Part shown: one piece after another, positions 25,701 through 34,700 of the stretch
How the letters are laid out: every line of letters starts with the position of its first letter
Numbering within the stretch: position 1 is the stretch's first letter
Source: Heteronotia binoei
Taxonomy: Eukaryota
DNA: 64,000 bases
Assembly (NCBI RefSeq): GCF_032191835.1
Contig: NC_083241.1
Coordinates: 310,001-374,000, forward strand
Reading direction: 5' to 3'
Made by a program: the position numbers and the translations under genes
Notes under the pieces: generated by a model
What the model was told of the DNA's origin: nothing
What the model saw: only the letters and a program-made list of their open reading frames with translations
Databases searched by the model: none

Positions 25701-28700
25701 TCTCCCAAGCCAGCCAGAGGAGTAGGGGGGCACAGGGCACATCCCACAGGCCTGAAGCATTTTGCCTCTAGAGACCCTTCTCCCCCCCCCCCCCCCCCGC
25801 CCTGCCAGAAATCATTACCGGGAGTGTTTCACCTCCATCTTCATCTTCTGCTTGGGTGTGCGATCACCATGCCGTATAACCGCAATCACACAACGCAACT
25901 CCATCCTGTGGGGAAGACAGTTCGGAGTTTTGCATCACATCCTTCCCCCTCAAGGTGTTGATGGTCAGTGATGGCCAAGGATCCTCCCCGGCCAGGGGGG
26001 CTGCTACAGCCCAGCAGTCAAGCTTACGAGGGAGGCAGAGGAACAAGGAAGACCCAAAGGTGCTCTGCGAGGTCTCCAAATACACACAACAAATAAACGT
26101 TAGACAAAATGGAACCACAAAGGCACACAACGATAAGAGAAACTCTAACCGCCCTGGCAACACAGCAGGGAGGAATCAGTAGAAGACCCTGTGTGCAGCC
26201 TGCAATTTATGACTGGGAAGGAATGGACGTGCAAGCCCTGTTTCTCTCCGGTCCCAGGAGGTCAGAAAAACCCTGCAGCTGCTCTCAAGTCTCCACGCCA
26301 TGATTCTACCCCACCACCCTGAGTCTGGTACACTTTTGGACTCAGATTATCCCATATCTGGAAAAGACGGATTTCTCAGGTGCTTGGCTCTATTCCTAGG
26401 CTCAGGAACTGTTCATGTCAATGCTGGTAAACCATCAAGGATGAGTCAGCCTAGTACAAGATAGCAGCTGTAACTGCTAAGTGGTCAACAAAATGCCTTG
26501 TTCCCAGGTGCATTTTCCAAGTGTGCTCATAGTGACCCCTGCAGGAATTTTAGATACAAGAACTTACCTGGGAACAAGAACTCACCTGTGGAGAAAAATG
26601 GGCGCTTTGCAAGTGACTGGCCTGGGAGACTGAATGCAGCCAGCATGGAAAAGGCTTAGCAGGCCGCAGTGCCTGAGCCTTTTAGGCTTTCAGGGAACTT
26701 TCTTTGATGCTGCCAGTTATGACTTTGGCAAACAGAAGGACAAGTGGCTGAAGAGCCAAAGGCCAAACAACTGAAAGGTATTAGAAACCTACATGTTGGT
26801 GATGTGGACAGATTCAGGGAGCCAGTAGAGCTCTCTGCTGGCTGTTCTTGAGTGTCAGATCCTGGGAAGAAACCCCAAATACTCCTGAATTGTGGAAACT
26901 GAAATGTGGGAATTGATGCTGTGTGTTTCCCAACAGTACATCACTGTCTCCTGTCCCTCAGAGGGAACCCCTGACCTGTTTTTCCAACACAAGCTGGCTT
27001 CACAGAAGGCACTGCTGATGGCTGACCAAGCATGCAATTTCAAAGGCTTAGAGACACACCTGCAAATCTGACAAACAAGAAGGCCAGTCTCATAACCAAC
27101 AGGAAGAGCCAGGACTGGAGTATCATTGGGGTGTGCTGTAAAGACGTTATGGGAAAGGGGCGTTTGGTCCCCCAGGTACCAGAGTAAACAACAAGTAAGG
27201 GGGGAATTACATGTCCATAATATCTCCTCCTGTGCCCTGTGGATCATCCTGGTCACACCCTGACCAAGGGAGAGGTATAAAGACTACAGGCAAGAGTAGG
27301 CTTCAAGCATATTGGAATCCACTACCTGCCATCTTCAGGCCTTCAGAGGTCTATTTCTGGGACTGGAGTTCAGTTCTTTTGTTAGCTCGAGCAATTTCAC
27401 CTAAATTTGCAGGTTTCAGTCTTCATTTCTGTGGTCTTTTGTTCTTTCTGCATGGAAGAAGCTTCCTTTTTCAAAGGGCCAAGGAACTCTGGGTCTGGGC
27501 AGACCTCTCTTGTCATTCCAGGCCCCTAGCTGCTGTGCTTTGCCCTCCCCCCCCCCATTCTTTCCCAGGAGGCTGAGGGGCCTGCAAGCCCGCAGGAGAG
27601 TCCTGCTTTTCCAACTTCCCCAGATCCAGAAACTGCATCTATTTGCTAGGAAACTGATCTAAACCTAGAAAGACAGAAGAGGGGCAGGGTGGCAATGAGT
27701 GGTTCAATGTCCAGACTTAGGTTGGCTAATATGCATTAAGCTTGTGCTCATGTTTGCAAGCTTTCGGTTCCAAGCGTATGTACGACGCCTAGAGGTTTAA
27801 GGCTCATCTTTCCACTGTCAAGCCAGGACCAGTTTAGCACTGTGCTGCACACTCACGCTTTATTTGCTCGCGCTTCTACACTGCCTGTTTATGTGGCCCA
27901 CATTACTTGCTGGAGTCATCACAGGTCTTAGTGATGGTTTTTCATCCATGTCTTTTCATATATATTCCTGTATCATGCATCTGATTCAGTCTGCAATTTT
28001 ATTTTTGGAGTGCACTGTGGAGGAGTGCCTTCGGAAAAAAACCCTTTAATTTGTATCAGTAACACTTCAGAGTCTCCTAACAACTGCAGGGATGACAAAA
28101 AGCCTTGGAACAAAGGCCTCCTGCTTAAGGGAACTGAACTGACAGCCCCTTCCCTTTCTCGCAGGGGATACCACACCTCTCGGGGTAGCAGCTGCTGCCT
28201 TCAGCAAGTCTGAGAGTACAGAAGAGACTCCTGCACTCTGTATCTTTGCTGCTGCTCAGAGATTCTGCCTATCTGTTGTAGCTCCTGCTTTGCTCCCACT
28301 AGCTAGTGTAGGGGTGGCTCTATCCCACTTTCAAGCATTCAGGATGCTGGGTTCGAGGGGCAACAAGCTCTCTTGCTGCCATTCCCCTTCACTGCTCTTT
28401 AGGTGCGAGGTGTTTACAGGGACCGGCCTTTGAGGATGCAACACTTGAGGAAGTTTAACAAACAAGAATCTTAAAAGTAGCTACAAGCCCAATGAGCATT
28501 ATTTCTAAGCATGCTACTTGTGGTCTCCATCCATTCCAGTCACACTTTTAGTATGTTTTGGGGATCCCTTTCCAAGTCTGAAAAGCACAACGGCCTTTCC
28601 CAGGACTTATTTAGGCTCCTCTTCCCCGCATAAAGCTTGACTGGCTCGTGTGACACTTACATGGTCCCTGAAGTCGTTGGCACGATGGGGATGTCCTCAG

Positions 28701-31700
28701 CCTCTGTGGGAATGGACCAGGGGATCTGGAACTGGGGGGCCAGCTCACGCATGATGATGTTCCTGGGAGGGAAAGGGAAGAAGAAGTAGCAGCTTGCCAC
28801 AGGCTCCCCTCCCCCCCTCCTCCCTGGGTGTGTGGTGTGGTGTGGTGTGGTGTGGTGTGGGAGGCTACTGCTGCCGCATCACCAAAGAATTAGACTGGCA
28901 GAGGCAGATCTGCCCAGGGGCAGTAAGGACAGACGAGCAGCTGCACAGCAGCAGACAGAGGGCTCTGCTAGTCCAGCATCCTTTGCTTTGTTGGAAGTGA
29001 CCAGGCAGACAAACACCCCCCCACCGCTGCCCCCAGAAGGCCCACAGCCAGCGCAGAGACTGAAGCCTCCTGCTGCTCTAGCCCCCAAATCCTCCCCAGC
29101 CCTTCCCCCCCCCCCCCGGGAGGGATGCTTCAAGCATCCTCTGGGGGAAGCCTCAAGGGACAGAACCCACACGCACCCGAGGATCTTGGCGCAGTCGTCA
29201 TAATACTTCATGGAGTTCTTCACAAAGCTGAACCCATTAACATCACAAACAAAGGAGTGGCCGTTGGCTCGCAGGAGGTCAAAACCACACACAGTCTGCT
29301 GCAGAGGACAAAACAGGGCACAAAGCCGTTAGAAGCAGGCGGGGGAAGAGAACGCCAGCCCAGCAGCAGCAGCAGCAGACATGGGGCTCCTTTCCCTCTC
29401 CATAACCCATCCTCTAGTGCCTGAAGCCTGCAGTGCAGATTCCAAACTCAGAAGTTTCCCACAAGTGCCGCTGTTGTTGGGGCGAGAGCAGGGGCAAGCG
29501 GGGGGGGGGGGGGGGGGAGAAAATGCTGCAGTGTGTCCTGGCCACAGAGCCAGCTGGTGGGATACGTGAGTTGCCCAGCCAGGGGCCAGGCGGCATTTCC
29601 TCCAGGCAGCCACCCACCTTGAAGGCCAGGCACACCTTTCTGGCCACCAGCTTCTCCATGGCCGAAAGCATGACTGGGTAGCGGATCTCCTTCCCTTCGC
29701 TGTCCCGCTCAACCTTCCCGTCCAAGGCGGGGGACTTCCGGGCTTCTGCATGGGCATAATCGGGGCCAACAGTGTACACCTGAGCAAGAGAAATCAAGAC
29801 TGAGACGCCTGCTCCTCGAAAGATGTAAAAGACCCAGGAATTTTGAAGCTGCGGTGGGGGTGGGGGGGTGGGATGGAAACACATACAATGTTTACTTTGG
29901 TAACAAGCCTAACTTATTGATTGCTTTAAACAACATGAAATGGGTAATTTCTAACTTACTTTGCATACAGAATTGAACTATTTGACACATTCATGGAATT
30001 TAAAAGTATGGATGCTTCCGAGTCCCCTCTGATGGTGACTAAGGGCTACGCCATCCTTGGGTCCTGATGCTGGTGACATGCAGGGAGGAGCATCTCCAGG
30101 CACAGCCAGCTTCCGAAGCCTCTCCAGCCCCACAGATGCCCCCACCAGAAGAAAACCCCGATGTAGCCCACAGCGGACAGTGGCACGCAAAGACACCACT
30201 CCTCTGCTGGTCAAGCACTAAGGTCCAGCTTCTAGGCGGTCTGTGTCTGGAGTACTGGCCAGCGCTCCTGCTCCTGGCAAGCTCCTGCCTACTCTCTCTG
30301 AGGGGTGCTGGCAGAGAAGGCCACCTCACATACAGGCTGTGTTCCGGTCCTTCCTGGCCAGGATAACAGTGAAGGTGCCTCTAATTAAAACAATTAACAC
30401 CTCATTATCTGATAGTATCTCTGAGAGTGGAACTCCCAAAGGCATCAAAAGCCACGAGGTAATCCCTAGTGGACTCATTTAAGAGCTCAGTAATAATCAT
30501 AGAGCTAAATCTTTCAAGAAGGGTAGGTTTTTATACACCAGGCTTCTCTACCGTACGAAGTCTCCAAGCAGTTCACAATCTCCTTCCCTTCCTCTCCCTG
30601 CATCAGGCACCCTGTGAAGTAGGTGAGGCTGCGAGAGCTTTGAGAGAACCGGGACTGACCTAAGGCAGCCCAGCTGGCTGCCTGTGGAGGAAGAGTGCAA
30701 ACTGAGAACATCAGAGAAGCCATGTTGGATCAGGCCAATGGCCCCTCCAGTCCAACACTCTGTCTGTCACACAATGGCAAAAATAAAAAACAGGTGCCAT
30801 CTGGAGGCCCATCAGTGGGACCAGGTCACTAGAAGCTCTCCCACTGTGCCCCCCACCAAGCACCAAGAATACAGAGCATCACTTGCCCCAAGCAGAGAGT
30901 TCCAACAATACACTGTGGCTAATAGCCACTAATGGACCTCTGCTCCAGATGTTGATCCAATCCCCTCTTGAAGCTGGCTATGCTTGCAGCCGCCACCACC
31001 TCCTGTGGCAGTGAATTCCATGTGTTAATCACCCTTTGGGTGAAGAAGGAATTCCTTTTATCAATTCTAACTCAACTGCTCAGCAATTTCATTGAATGTC
31101 CACGAGTTCTTGTGAGAAAGGGAGAAAAATACTTCTTTCTCTACCTTTTCTATCCCATGCATAATCTTGTAAGCCTCTATTATGTCACCCCGCAGTTGAT
31201 GTTTCTCCAAGCCAAAGAGCCCCAAGCGTTTTAACCTTTCTTCATAGGGAAAGTGTTCCAACCCTTTAATCCTTCCAGTTGCTCTTTTCTGCACTTTTCC
31301 CAATGCTACAATATCTTTTTTGAGGTGTGGTGACCAGAAGAGAAGAGGGGCTGGCCTCTGAACATCACATCCCATTAAAGCGTATGTGACACAAATGACA
31401 GCATGGACAGTTTTCCCTTGTGCAGCTGAGACTGGCCAGAGTCTCCAAACCACTCTTAACCACAACCATCACACAGGTCTTTGACTGGGAAAAACACACT
31501 GAGACAGTAAAAGTGCCCTTTTCTCCACTGGATCTTCTCAGGCCCAGCAAATCTGGCTGACAGCCTGATGGAGCTTAAGCCCAATGCAATTACTGAACAC
31601 AACAGAAGAAGCCATCCAGTCTTCAAAACCCATGCTTGGTGCATTTAAAGCAAATACATATCCCTGGGCTTACCTTCTGGCCACGGAGTTCTGACCTAAC

Positions 31701-34700
31701 TGGATTATTGCAACGGACCCTTTTTCCTGGTGGTCTTTGCCCCGCCCCCTTGCAATGACATGATATGATGTCCTTGGGTTCTCCAGCCACACTTTCCCTA
31801 CCTTGACATCTGTGCCATCCGTGGGCATAAACTCCTCATAGATGTAAGATCCTGTTTTCCGTACGCTGCTCTCTGGGGAGTACACACTGCTCCGGCTTCC
31901 AATCTGAAAAAGGGAGAGACCTCCGCAAGGGAGTACAAGACATGCGGAAGCAGAGGCTGAACTGCCGGCACAACCCAGTTGCCCTGGTCTATGCCAACCT
32001 CATGCAGGCCAGGCCAGGCCTCCAGTGACTCTTCCCACCTCAGGGGTAGCTGCTGCCAGTGCCCCAGAGCCAGAGAGCTTTATGCCGCAATGCTCCTCTG
32101 GACCGGCATAGCCCATAAGTGCATTTCAACAACCATGATGCAAGAGATGGACCACCCGCTTAGAGGACAGCATCCTGCTCAGAGCTAACACTGGATAGCA
32201 ATATTAAGGACCGGAGTGACTGAATAAGGGGGAAAATAATGAAGGAACTATAGCAGTAGAAAACATGCCAGATGGCTGTGTAAAGGACACAGAGAGCAAA
32301 TGAAGTCAGCCCTTGCTTCATTTCACAACCAGGTTATTTAGGGCTGTAGAAACAGAGAAGCTTTTGCCACCTAGGGACTCAAACGTTCACACTGTGTGAG
32401 ATGTCACTGACTTGGTCCTAAAACGTATGATGTAGCCATCTGCTATCTTGGTTTGTGGGATTCAACTTCTGGATGAACATGGCTGTGAAATAATGTGTCT
32501 ACTTGTATGTTACCTGAATTCAGCTGATAGGCACAGGACATCTGAAGGCTAATTAATTAGCAAGAGAGTGTGAAGGTAGAAATGCAACCCAAGGTAATAA
32601 CTACCTACTTTGGCTCCAGTTGTCCAGATATACCTTCCAGCATCATAAATCTGTTTCCTGACAATACAGTGACTTGGAAGCAGTTTCTACCCTCAATTCT
32701 AAAAAGGGGCTCATAGTCTCATTGTTATGGGGGTGATTAGAAACACTGGGGAGGGGGGGAGGACTTGTGCTATGGAATTAGCTTTATTGCCTTTTGCTTT
32801 TATGACCCCCCAGCCTGAAGCCACTTTACTCTTTTTTGCTTGCCAGAATTTCCACCATATTCTGGCATGAGAGGGCCTGACGACCTGAAAAACCTTATTT
32901 TGTAACACCTGGCCTGATTAAGAGTTCTCAAAAGCTTGTACCCACATCATCGGGACAGCCCTAATAAAAACCCATCACACAAACTGTGTCCTGAAAACCA
33001 GTCAGCAAGCCATGGTTTATTCACTCTGCCCCAGCTGTGGGAGTCGAGATGGGGAGCTTCCAGCTAAAAACAGAACAAAAATGAGGCTGCTTTGGCAGGG
33101 AGGGCAGGATATAAATCTAACAAACCTTGAACGGAATAACATCCAATTCTTTTATGCAAAACTCGTCTCAGAACTATCCCATCTCTGAAAACCAGCCAGA
33201 TCCTTAAGCCCTTTTGTGCTGGCCAGCTTCTCCTCTGCCAGACCAGCAGCAAAGGAAGCTGAATAGCAGCGGTGCAGCGACCCAGAACTCCCCCTTGCAG
33301 GACCCCCAAAGTTAAGCAAAGGACACACACAAACATACTCCAGGAGGTAGGGGAGGCCAAGCCACAGGGCTGCACAGATTCGAGGCAGCACCTTGAATTA
33401 GGCCTGAAAAACAACAGGGAACCGAAGCAGTTGCTCTAGGAGCCCCACTATGCATTCTTCCGTGGTGGTCTCAGGCTCAGCGAATTCAGTGCAGCAGCTA
33501 TCCTGGGGCCAGCTTAGGCAAGCACCAAAACAAGCAGAGGCCAGGCCTGTTCCTCCTCCTCCTCCCTCTGCTTACCTTGCGGAAAAGGCGCTGGCTGCCC
33601 CCTCCAGCTGAGGTGGGATAGTAAATGTAGACGTTGTGGTCCTCAGCGCTGACAGGCTTCTCCACAAAGGGCTTGGGGAACACAGCCCCATTCACGACCA
33701 CATGATCCTCCCCCTCCACAAGGTTGCACTCTGCAGCCAGACAGCAGCAGCATCACCATTTCCCTACCCACAGAGCCAAGAGCTTGGCCTCCCCTCTGCC
33801 AGCCCCGCACTGGTGCCCTGTCACTCCGCTGGGGCTCTGAAGCACCTCCCCCACCCCCCGGCAAGATCTGAGAAGCCAACATGCTGCGCGCTGGAAACAG
33901 TGCACCTGAAGGCCCAGCAGCAGACATGGTTCTGGTGGGGAAGGAGAGATCAGCCACTTGCCACCAAGAGGTGGGGGTCCTGCCTCAACAAGACTGCTCT
34001 CCCTCGCCTGCTGCTGCTTCTGGATACCACTCCTGCCACCATTGCTGCCTGAGCAGCAGGCAAGAGAGGCCTGCAGCAGCCACATCCCAGCATCACCAAG
34101 GTGGTGGTCGAAGCAGGTCCCCAGGGCCAGGGCAAATCATTCAGGTGCGCTCTGGCTGGGAACAGAAGCCACGAGAGCAAGACAGAGGGGAGGCTTAGAG
34201 GAGCCACCTCAGCCCACTCCGTGACACGAGGTCCCCCAAGGAGAGCACCCACCAGAGCAAAGCCTTCTAGATGCAGCAGCTATGCTCCAGACCTGGGGCT
34301 ACATGTCTACAGGGAGGGGTCGGAGGGGCAGAAGGTCTCTGCCCCCTGTCTCTGCCCATGACCAGCAGCCCCACAACTCACCAGCTGGCTTATCAGGGTC
34401 CCGGTTGAGAACAGCATAGCGGGGCAGGTCTATTCCCTCCTCCTGCAGGATCCGGTACACCTCCCGCCTGGACAGGGTTGGAAGCAAAGGGAGAGCTAGG
34501 ACCAGAAGAGCTCACTGCAGACCATCCTGCATCTCCGTCTACCTCGGCTCACAAAGCACCCTGCACACCCTGCCTGGGTCCCTGGCCTCCTTCAGCCCTC
34601 CATCTCCCTGCTACAGACCCAAGAGAGCAGCCACACAAATCCAGGAGTGCTGCCTTTCCTCATCTGCATCGCTACAAGATTACAGGACCTTACAGTGTAC